The position numbers and the translations under genes are program-made. From contig CAIJNQ010000172.1 of assembly GCA_903822015.1 (NCBI GenBank), forward strand, positions 1 to 42,857: DNA of 42,857 nucleotides. Reading direction: 5' to 3'. Under the pieces are notes generated by a model. That model saw only the letters and a list, made by a program, of their open reading frames with translations, ran no database searches and was not told the DNA's origin. Shown here in pieces: positions 18,219 to 26,121 of this stretch; within the stretch, counting starts at the first letter, position 1; each line of letters starts with the position of its first letter. This DNA comes from an uncultured Verrucomicrobia subdivision 3 bacterium (lineage in GTDB: Bacteria; Verrucomicrobiota; Verrucomicrobiia; Limisphaerales; UBA11358).

Positions 18219-20009
18219 TCAGGTCGCCGGCGTCCCGGAACTTTGCCGCAACCGTTCCTCCGCCTGCTCGTTGGTCAAATTTTCTTTCACCCGCAACACC
18301 GCCATGCCGACCACCGGCGGATACGCCTGGTCTGCTTTCATGCGCGGCTCGACGTATTCAATGATCTCAAAAAGCAGCGCATTGGCCGTCTCATAATCCA
18401 GGCTCGTCAGCTTTGTGATGTAGCGGGTCGCGCGATCGATCAGTTTCAAATTGCTTGGCACCACCCAGACCATGTAATTGCCCATCACGCGTCCCAACCG
18501 CACCATCGTACAGGTGGAAACGGCGTTCATGACCAGCTTGGCGGCGACACGGCATACGCCGTCGAGCAACAAGTCCGACTCCGGCACGGTCACCAAAACC
18601 GTGAGGCTGGCGGCCGCCGAAAGGGCCGCCGGCAATTCCGTTCCGAAAAAAATCAACCCGGTTTGCGTCCGGCCGGCCCGGGCGGCGTTGAGCTGCTGAA
18701 GTTGAAATTCCCGCGCCGCCGGCTTTTCCTGAGCCGTCAAAACGGCAATCGCACTTTCATGCGGACCGAGCTGGCGATGCCGGACGCCGTGGCGGTCAAT
18801 CTGGTAGCGCATCAATTCACCGGCCTTGATCTTGCCGATGATTTCCAAAGTGCGCTCCACCTTCGCCGGCTCGACCAGGGCGCGGACTTCCGCTTCGCTC
18901 CACTCGACGCAACGGGGCTGACGTTTGAGGATGTTCTGCCAGGCGGTTTCCGTCCGCTCATCGGGCAGAAATAAATACGCCCAGGATTCGGCGGCTGTGG
19001 GGTCGTCAAATTTGCGAAAGGGCGGCGTGCAATACGTCGGCGAACGCTCGGTGGTATCCGTCAACACATCGATGCCCAGCCGGTCCGCAAAATAATTGTT
19101 CCGGTGTCCGCCGCGATAAACTGATTCCTCCAGGGCGACAATTTTCGCCAGCGCCGCCAGCAGGGCCGGCGAGCGCAGGTTTTTGAACAGTTCCTCCATC
19201 CTGGCGAGAAAGTGGGCCGTGGTTTCCGCTGACTTTTTCCCGGAGAGTTCCCGGGCGACGATTTCCAAAATGGCCAGCATCACGCACAGTTGAATCGAAG
19301 TCGCCTGCATCCGGGTCGAACCGGTGATGCTCATCGGCCCGGTCGTGAGGTTGATTTTCTCGATCCGCGCGTCCGTAATGACTTCCCGGCTGCGCTGGAC
19401 GTGTTCGCACAAGATGTCGTCGGGATTATTATAGACGAAATAAACTTTCGCGCCGACGTCGACCCCGGCCCAGGCCGTGCCGATGACGAAAGAGGTTTCG
19501 CCGCCTTCCGTGATGGCGAACACCACGTCGCCGGCGCGCACGCCGAGGTCATGCATCTGCTTTTTTCCGAACGCGGTGAAATCCTCGAAGCCTTCCACCG
19601 ATTTGATGAGCGCATAATCGCCGCCCGCCATCACGCTGAAGGTGCGGTTTTCAAAATCCCCGTTGCCGCGCTGCCGCCAGAAATCGCGCCAGAGGGAATC
19701 CAGCAAAATGCTCAGGCGCCCCGTCGAGCCGCAGCCGGTAAAGTAAATTCGTCCGCCGGATTTGACGGCAGCCAGCACGGTGGCTGCGATGGCCTCCGCC
19801 CGGCCGGATGGCGCAAACTCGCGGAACTTTTTCAAGACGTCCTCGTCGGCCTGGAACAGCAGGCCGAGCGCCGCCGCGATGTCGGCTTTCGCCACTTCGC
19901 TCAAATTCGCCGTGACCGGATGCGACGATTCGGTGACGAGCGCGCCGAGCTTGAATTGGCAGCTGATTTTCAAAAAATCCTGCGACCGGGCCTGCGAACG
20001 AGAACTCAT
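18219..20009 (-). CDS. Double-SIS MurQ (MurNAc-6-P etherase)/glucokinase-regulatory-protein-like protein
   Basis: LVTESSHP, GGRIYFTGCGSTGRL, MAGGDYAL..SVEGFED, GPMSITGSTRMQA, DTTERSPTY, KLVMNAVSTCTMVRLGRVMGNYMV..VPSNLKLIDRA. About 596 aa from ATG 20009. Confidence 0.82.
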   Translation of the reverse strand: MSSRSQARSQDFLKISCQFKLGALVTESSHPVTANLSEVAKADIAAALGLLFQADEDVLKKFREFAPSGRAEAIAATVLAAVKSGGRIYFTGCGSTGRLSILLDSLWRDFWRQRGNGDFENRTFSVMAGGDYALIKSVEGFEDFTAFGKKQMHDLGVRAGDVVFAITEGGETSFVIGTAWAGVDVGAKVYFVYNNPDDILCEHVQRSREVITDARIEKINLTTGPMSITGSTRMQATSIQLCVMLAILEIVARELSGKKSAETTAHFLARMEELFKNLRSPALLAALAKIVALEESVYRGGHRNNYFADRLGIDVLTDTTERSPTYCTPPFRKFDDPTAAESWAYLFLPDERTETAWQNILKRQPRCVEWSEAEVRALVEPAKVERTLEIIGKIKAGELMRYQIDRHGVRHRQLGPHESAIAVLTAQEKPAAREFQLQQLNAARAGRTQTGLIFFGTELPAALSAAASLTVLVTVPESDLLLDGVCRVAAKLVMNAVSTCTMVRLGRVMGNYMVWVVPSNLKLIDRATRYITKLTSLDYETANALLFEIIEYVEPRMKADQAYPPVVGMAVLRVKENLTNEQAEERLRQSSGTPAT

Positions 20010-20131
20010 CAATTCATTAAATGAGATTGCCCACGGCGTGTCACGCCGATTGCATGCGGTCGCCGGGCTGAGCTTATCAAAGCTGGATTTTTCAGGCGTG
20101 CAGTTTCTTTGCCGCAAATTATCATCCCGAC

Positions 20132-21238
20132 ATGACCGAAGCCGAGCCGCTGCAATTCATCGGCGCCAATGCGGTGCGCTGGCGCAGCCGCACGCTCACT
20201 TACTTTTCCGGCTGCGATTATTTCCGGCTCGCGCGCGATGCCCGCCTCGCGGCGGCCGCCCATAAAGCCCTCGCACAGCATGGCTTGAATGTTGCCGCCT
20301 CGCGCCGCACCACCGGCAATCACAAGATTTACACGCAGCTGGAGGCGGAACTGGCGAAATTTTTCGGCGCAGAAACCGCGCTGGTTTTGCCGGACGGCTA
20401 CCTGGCGCCGCTGGCGGCGGCACAGGCCCTGGCGGAAGAATACACGCAGGCTTTGATCGACGAATACGCCCGTGGCGCGCTGGTGGACGCGGCGCGGATG
20501 CTTGGCTGCCCGGTGAAACGATTCCGGCATCGCGATGCGGCGGATCTGCAAAAACACCTCGCCCGAAGCAAGCGCGGGGCGCGGACCATGGTTTTAACGG
20601 ACGGCATGTTTTCGCATGACGGCTCGGTGGCGCCGCTGGGTGATTATCTTAAAGTCCTGCCGGCAAATGGAATAATGCTCGTGGACGACGCGCACGGAGC
20701 CGGCGTTTTGGGCGCGACCGGCAAGGGGTCGCTGGAATATGCGGGCGTCGGCCGGAAACAAATCATCCAGTGCGCAACGATGAGCAAGGCGTTTGGGGTT
20801 TACGGCGGCGTGGTGCTGACATCGCGCGGACTGCGAGCAAAAATCCTGGCCGGTGGTCGTTCGTTCATTGGCACGACCCCGTTGCCGCCGCCGCTGGCCG
20901 GCGCGGCACTGGCCGCGCTGAAAATTCTGCGCAGCGAACCGGCACGGCGAAAACGGCTGCTCCGGAATACGGCTTTGGTGCGGACAAAACTACTGACGGC
21001 TGGTTGGGAAATTACCGAAACGCCGGGGCCGATCATCCGGCTGCCGGCGATGAGCGGCCGGGAAGAAGGCGAGTTGAAAGGGCGGTTGCTGGCGGCGGAA
21101 ATTTATCCGCCGTTTCTAAAATATCCCGGCGCATCGGCGCAGGGCGTGTTCCGGTTCGTCATTGCCAGCGAGCATTCGCCAGCGCAACTTAGCCAGCTGA
21201 TTGCGGTGCTGACGGCGTTCAAAGTGCGGCGGGGTTAG
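20132..21238 (+). CDS. PLP-dependent alpha-oxoamine synthase family protein (BioF/Kbl-like)
   Basis: FSGCDYFRL, AASRRTTGNH, TDGMFSHDG, VDDAHG.G.LG, TMSKAFG (PLP lysine). Confidence 0.85.
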   Translation: MTEAEPLQFIGANAVRWRSRTLTYFSGCDYFRLARDARLAAAAHKALAQHGLNVAASRRTTGNHKIYTQLEAELAKFFGAETALVLPDGYLAPLAAAQALAEEYTQALIDEYARGALVDAARMLGCPVKRFRHRDAADLQKHLARSKRGARTMVLTDGMFSHDGSVAPLGDYLKVLPANGIMLVDDAHGAGVLGATGKGSLEYAGVGRKQIIQCATMSKAFGVYGGVVLTSRGLRAKILAGGRSFIGTTPLPPPLAGAALAALKILRSEPARRKRLLRNTALVRTKLLTAGWEITETPGPIIRLPAMSGREEGELKGRLLAAEIYPPFLKYPGASAQGVFRFVIASEHSPAQLSQLIAVLTAFKVRRG

Positions 21239-21276
21239 GGCGAATCAAATAAAAGCAAGCTAGTTTGGAGAGGGCG

Positions 21277-21400
21277 TGGGCCGCGATGGCAAAGCGGGAG
21301 CCATGACACCGCTTTCGAGCGGGCGAAGATGTTCGAAGGGAGATCAACCCAAGCGAGCGGGCGAAAGCGGCGTGGCGCTTCACTTCCCGCCGCAGTCCAT
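21277..21400. repeat. REP/MITE-like inverted-arm element
   Basis: Left arm tgggccgcg...gacaccgcttt and right arm aaagcggcgtggcgcttcacttcccgccgcagtcca. Positions 21308-21400 are closely similar to 25563-25655. Confidence 0.8.
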
Positions 21401-21579
21401 AAGGCGCTCTGGCAAACCGACCCCAAGACTATTTTTCCGGCTGCATTTTTTCTTACCCCGCATAGTTTCCTGGGCCAGTGATTTCTACCATAATAATTCC
21501 GCCAGAATCCGCACTGTTTTCGACGTAAATTCCAGGACGAATTACTTGGATTTACATAGGTTATTTGCTACGCATGAGA

Positions 21580-22809
21580 CTAGAGGCGCAGGAAAATTTT
21601 CCGCTGGTAAAGGAAGCGGGCGAACCAGAGGAACAGGGCCACGGCGGTCGCGGCGATGACGAGATCGCCGAAGCCGGAGGTAACGTGCGTGTCCAAAAAA
21701 CTTTTCACCGGTCCGCCGGCGAGCCGCCGGGCGAGTTTCTCGAAGCCGAGCCCGCCGAGGAAATTGCTGGTGAGATAAATCGTCAGAGGATTCATGCCAA
21801 TCCACACGAACGGCTGACACCAGGCCCGCCATTTTCGGACGTCCACAATCCAGTAAAACGCGCCGAGCAGCAGCGCGCTGAAGCCGCCGGCGACGAGGAC
21901 GTAGGAGGAGGTCCAGATCTTTTTGATCACGGGAAATTCCAAGCCCCACAAAAAGCCGAGCGCCACACCCGCCGCACCACTACCGAGCAACCACCACACT
22001 TTTTTTTCGTCCGATACGGATGGGTTGCGGAGGAGCAGGCCGGCGAAAATTCCCAGCAGGCCGGTGACGACGGCGGGCAGCGTGCTTAAAATGCCTTCAG
22101 GGTCGTAGGTGCCGTCGTATTTACGGCCGGGCAGATATTTTTGATCCAGATAATTTGGCAGCGTCACGCCCTGCACATAGGAGCCGTGAATCATATTTGT
22201 GCCGGCCCAATTCAACTGCGAAATATTCGTAAAACCGGCCTCCTTGGTAATGATCGCGTCGCCGCCGGGCACCGGCCGCACGTCGGGAAACGGGACCCAC
22301 GCCAGCAGCGCCCAATAACCGAGCAGAATCGCGGCGGCGACGGCAGCCAGCCCCCGGGTCCGGACGAAAATAAACAGCAGCCCGCCGAACGTGTAGCAGA
22401 GCGCGATGCGGTTCAGCACGCCCAGCAACCGCATGTCCGGCCACGGATTCGTGAAGCCGCCGGAATAAATCAGGCCGATAATGAACAGCAGGATGCCGCG
22501 CTGGAGCACGCGTTTCACGGCGGCGGCACGGCCTTCGCGCTCGATGATTTTAGTCAGCGAAAATACGGTCGAGACGCCCATCATGAAAACGAAGTGCGGA
22601 AAGATCAGGTCGTAGAAATGGAAACCCTGCCATTCGGCGTGGTCGAGTTGCGTCGCGAGGAATTCCGTTGCAGCGTTCTGGCTGGTCTCGTGAAGGGCGT
22701 AGACGAACGAGTCGGCCCCGAGAATCCAGAACATATCGAAGCCGCGCAAGGCGTCGAGCGACATCAGGCGCTGCGGTCCGGACGCGGGAATGGTGGTTTG
22801 GGTGGCCAT
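21580..22809 (-). CDS. Heparan-alpha-glucosaminide N-acetyltransferase-like membrane protein (HGSNAT/DUF5009/NagX-like)
   Basis: RLMSLDALRGFDMFWI, QLDHAEWQGFHFYDLIFP.F.FMMGVS, GVLNRIAL, DPEGILST, PVIKKIWTSSYVL, IGMNPL.IY. Confidence 0.9.
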   Translation of the reverse strand: MATQTTIPASGPQRLMSLDALRGFDMFWILGADSFVYALHETSQNAATEFLATQLDHAEWQGFHFYDLIFPHFVFMMGVSTVFSLTKIIEREGRAAAVKRVLQRGILLFIIGLIYSGGFTNPWPDMRLLGVLNRIALCYTFGGLLFIFVRTRGLAAVAAAILLGYWALLAWVPFPDVRPVPGGDAIITKEAGFTNISQLNWAGTNMIHGSYVQGVTLPNYLDQKYLPGRKYDGTYDPEGILSTLPAVVTGLLGIFAGLLLRNPSVSDEKKVWWLLGSGAAGVALGFLWGLEFPVIKKIWTSSYVLVAGGFSALLLGAFYWIVDVRKWRAWCQPFVWIGMNPLTIYLTSNFLGGLGFEKLARRLAGGPVKSFLDTHVTSGFGDLVIAATAVALFLWFARFLYQRKIFLRL

Positions 22810-22950
22810 GGTTTCGGATGATAGATTGCCGAGAACTTTTCGATAATGGATGGATAAACTTCGATGTCCACCCCAAAACCGGCCGATGACACCACCCTAA
22901 ATTGGTTATGGCGTTTGCCCGGATTTGGACCCAAATTTTCCGCCATTGAA

Positions 22951-24351
22951 ATGGGAAATCGTTACGCCCTGAATATTGCCGCCATGCTCTGCGCCGCGAC
23001 CGTGAACGTTCACGCCGAATCGCCGCTGGAAACAGCGCTGCTGCAGGCGGTGCGGGAGGCCCATTTTGAAGGGGTGATATATTTCGGCGCCGGCAACGAA
23101 GAGCGCCCCGTCAAGGCGCACCCGGGCCTGCCGGCGCGGCCGGTCGCCCATCCGCCGAATGTGAATGTGGCGGTCATCCAGTTGGACGCCGACGGCCGCC
23201 TGGTGGACCGCGCCTACGTTATGCTATCCCGCGATTATCCGACCGGACTGATCGTGCCGCTGGGAAATAATCTAGGGGCGGATAGCGTGCGGTTTCTTCG
23301 CTGGGATATTGTGCGTTCCGACGGCGGAACTTTTTCCAGCGAGGATGGCCACCCACTGACCACCAAAGGCTGGACGAACCATCCGCCGCTCACCGCAGCT
23401 GACGACCTCGTGCCGGACCGCACCTCTGCGCCTTATCAATTCATGGCGCCGTATCCGGCGTCGCTGTTCAAGAGCATGGTGGCGTTCCACGTGATGCGAA
23501 TGGTGGACGCGGGGAAGATTACGTTGGACACGGAATACGACTATGCGGTCGCCGGCGAAAAGCCGGAACCGCGCAAAATCCGCGACTGGCTTGATCCTAT
23601 GATCACCGTGAGCGACAACCATGCGACCCATGCGCTGTTGAAAATGCTCCACGACCAACATGAAATCGATCCCCTGAACCGCGAGTTTCGTGAACTGAAC
23701 CTGCCGACGCTGCAAATCAACGCCACGGATCCCAAAACCGGCCGCGGCTGGAACACGGCGCAGATCAACCTGACGGCGTGGGACATCGCCCGACTGTTCT
23801 GGCTGATCGACGGCGGCGCCGGAGAATTCTGGCAGGAGGCCGATGGCAAACCGGTGACGGCGGGGATTCTTTCCGATGCGTCGCGCGCCTATCTGAAAAG
23901 GCTACTGACCGAACAGGCGTTCAACGACTGTCTGACCACGGCGAATTTTCCGGGCGCGAAAAATGTCCGGCCCGGGATCCCTTCGCGGGTCGCCGAGCGG
24001 TGGATCAATCCGACCAACGGGCACGTCACCGTTGAAGGACAGGATTACGGTGTGGATATCCGCGCGGCGAACGCGCAAGCCGAGGTGACCTTCGCGCACA
24101 AGACCGGGCTGACTTTCAACTACGGTTCGGACGCCGGCATCGTCACGTCACTGCCGGGCAAGCCATTCCGGCATTACATCATCGCGTTCGTTGCCAACCT
24201 GGGTCACCGTTATGCCGATGCGGTTTTCGCGACGCGCACCAATTTCCCCGCGTTTGACGCCGTGAGCCCGATTGCCTATACGCAACGGATTCCCGCGCTG
24301 GGCAAGGCGATGGACGAGGCCGTGACCAAACTTTCCGCTGATAAACAATAA
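22951..24351 (+). CDS. Secreted class A beta-lactamase-like serine hydrolase (PBP-like)
   Basis: YPASLFK (SxxK), MITVSDN (SxN), AHKTG (KTG), SDAGIV. Signal peptide follows ATG 22951; ORF open from 22864. Confidence 0.82.
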   Translation: MGNRYALNIAAMLCAATVNVHAESPLETALLQAVREAHFEGVIYFGAGNEERPVKAHPGLPARPVAHPPNVNVAVIQLDADGRLVDRAYVMLSRDYPTGLIVPLGNNLGADSVRFLRWDIVRSDGGTFSSEDGHPLTTKGWTNHPPLTAADDLVPDRTSAPYQFMAPYPASLFKSMVAFHVMRMVDAGKITLDTEYDYAVAGEKPEPRKIRDWLDPMITVSDNHATHALLKMLHDQHEIDPLNREFRELNLPTLQINATDPKTGRGWNTAQINLTAWDIARLFWLIDGGAGEFWQEADGKPVTAGILSDASRAYLKRLLTEQAFNDCLTTANFPGAKNVRPGIPSRVAERWINPTNGHVTVEGQDYGVDIRAANAQAEVTFAHKTGLTFNYGSDAGIVTSLPGKPFRHYIIAFVANLGHRYADAVFATRTNFPAFDAVSPIAYTQRIPALGKAMDEAVTKLSADKQ

Positions 24352-24360
24352 TACCCGAAT

Positions 24361-25317
24361 ATGAAATTGCTCAAACCCAAGCGGCTTTGCTTTGGCGACA
24401 CCATCGGCATCGTCGCGCCGGCCAGCGCGCCGCCGGATCCGAAGGCGGTGGACCGCGCCGCCGCGGCGCTGGAGAAATACGGGTTCAAACCGAAGCTGGC
24501 GAAAAATGTCCGCGCCCGTCACGGCTTTCTTGCCGGGACCGACCGCGAGCGCGCCACGGACCTGATGGCGATGTTTGCGGACAAAAAAGTGGACGCCATC
24601 ATCTGTCTGCGCGGCGGCTACGGCGCGGCGCGGCTCCTTGAGCGGCTGGATTACGAGGTGATCCGGCGCAACCCGAAAATCCTTTCCGGCTACAGCGACA
24701 TCACCTCGCTGCATGGCGCGCTCGCCAGAAAAGTGAACCTGATTTCCATCCACGCGCCGATGTTGAACGGCGCGCTGGCCGACCCGAGGGTTCCGGAATT
24801 CACCCGCCGCTCGTTTCTGCGCACGGTCATGGAGGCGCGACCGGCGGGCAGCATCAGCGACGGCTACGAAGGGAAAATGGTTTCCGTTCTGCGCGGCGGC
24901 GTTGCGGCGGGGCGTTTGATCGGCGGTAATCTGTCCCTGCTATGCGCGTCGCTTGGCACACCGTTCGCGCCGTCGTTCAAGGGAAAAATCCTGTTTTTCG
25001 AGGACATCAGCGAGAAACCCTACCGGCTGGACCGGATGCTGACGCAATTACTGAACGCGGGGATTTTGCAGCAGGTCGCGGGCGTCGCCGTGGGGGTGAA
25101 CCGGGATTGCAATGATCCGGATGCCAAGCCGGGCGGCGAATATCGCCAGACGGCGGCGGACGTGGTGAAGGAACGGCTGGCAACGCTGCGCGTGCCGGTG
25201 GTGACCGGGCTGCCGTTCGGGCATGTGGATTTGAACGCGACGATACCCGTGGGCGTGAAAGCGATTTTGGACGGCAACAAGGGCGACTTGATCATCACCG
25301 AGGCGGCGGTGAGATAA
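24361..25317 (+). CDS. ldcA: LD-carboxypeptidase (peptidase S66)
   Basis: GDTIGIVAPAS, GTDRERA.DL, RGGYG, GYSDIT (Ser), GGNLS, FEDISE.PYRLDRML (Glu), PFGH (His). Confidence 0.95.
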   Translation: MKLLKPKRLCFGDTIGIVAPASAPPDPKAVDRAAAALEKYGFKPKLAKNVRARHGFLAGTDRERATDLMAMFADKKVDAIICLRGGYGAARLLERLDYEVIRRNPKILSGYSDITSLHGALARKVNLISIHAPMLNGALADPRVPEFTRRSFLRTVMEARPAGSISDGYEGKMVSVLRGGVAAGRLIGGNLSLLCASLGTPFAPSFKGKILFFEDISEKPYRLDRMLTQLLNAGILQQVAGVAVGVNRDCNDPDAKPGGEYRQTAADVVKERLATLRVPVVTGLPFGHVDLNATIPVGVKAILDGNKGDLIITEAAVR

Positions 25318-25375
25318 AATTATTTAGAGCAGTTTAAGTAACCCATGGCCGCAAGTTCCGGGAACCGCGGCGTTT

Positions 25376-25420
25376 CCCCTCATCCTGACCTTCTCCCGCG
25401 GAGAGAAGAGTCAACCGCTG
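25376..25420. repeat. Partial arm of a CCCTCATCCTGACCTTCTCCC-type palindromic repeat
   Basis: cccctcatcctgaccttctcccgcggagagaagag contains a cttctc/gagaag hairpin and resembles a widespread REP-like intergenic family. No partner arm seen. Confidence 0.5.
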
Positions 25421-25562
25421 GCTGGGCTTCGGAGATGCGATTGATTTGCGCGCAGAATGCCATCGCGGTTTCGCTCAAGCCGGGAAACATTTCATCCGCT
25501 TACAGCGGGAACGGGCTGGGTGGTGACCGGGCTGCCTTCCGGCATGTGGATTTGAACGCGAT

Positions 25563-25655
25563 ACCGGTTTCGAGCGGGCGAAAATGTTCGAAAGGAAACC
25601 AACCCTTGTTTGCGTGCGAAAGCGGCGTGGCGCTTCGCTTCCCGCCGCAGTCCAT
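25563..25655. repeat. Second copy of the REP/MITE-like element (left arm missing)
   Basis: accggtttcgagcgggcgaaaatgttcgaaagg...gcgaaagcggcgtggcgcttcgcttcccgccgcagtccat aligns to 21308-21400. Confidence 0.8.
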
Positions 25656-25907
25656 GATGCGCTCCGTATACCAACCCTCCTGGATTTTTCAGCGGCTACA
25701 GTTTTACATGGAGCATTTCAATCAATCCATTAGCAATGAGCTGAGGGTGCTGACGGAATGCGATCTTTTTGGCTCTTGGCTTCGTTTCGGCTCAATGACA
25801 GGGTGTTCAAACCTGCCTTCGCCAAAGCCTGGCCAAAATACAAAAAATCCTCGTGGCCCATCGCTATGGCGGTTTCAGACAACATTGGCGCGGACGTCTG
25901 ACGCCGG

Positions 25908-26061
25908 AAAAGCGGCGGAGGGCCGCCGCACTCCACGACGCTGGCGCGTTTGCCAACGGGCATCGGATTGCGCAAAGCGATTTGGAGGGCGCGACGGCGC
26001 TTTGGGACGACGCGACATTTCGCGTCGGGGGGGAAAGCGGCGACATGTCGCCGCAGTCCAT
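25908..26061. repeat. Cluster of related REP-like arms
   Basis: aaagcggcggagggccgccgcactcca (25908), tttggagggcgcgacggcgcttt (25981) and aaagcggcgacatgtcgccgcagtcca (26034) share an AAAGCGGC..hairpin..GCA(C/G)TCCA frame. Confidence 0.7.
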
Positions 26062-26121
26062 ACTAGTGCACTGCTCCTGGCAAAGAATCTCTGCGTTCTT
26101 TGCGGTTAAATGATTGGGTCC

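Noticed and set aside
21277-26061. CRISPR array
   Set aside because: Repeats are dispersed, degenerate and inverted, with no regular spacers and no cas genes.
25345-26109. 254-aa ORF after ldcA
   Set aside because: Translation of concatenated repeats (PHPDLLP, ESGVALRFPPQS) with no coding bias.
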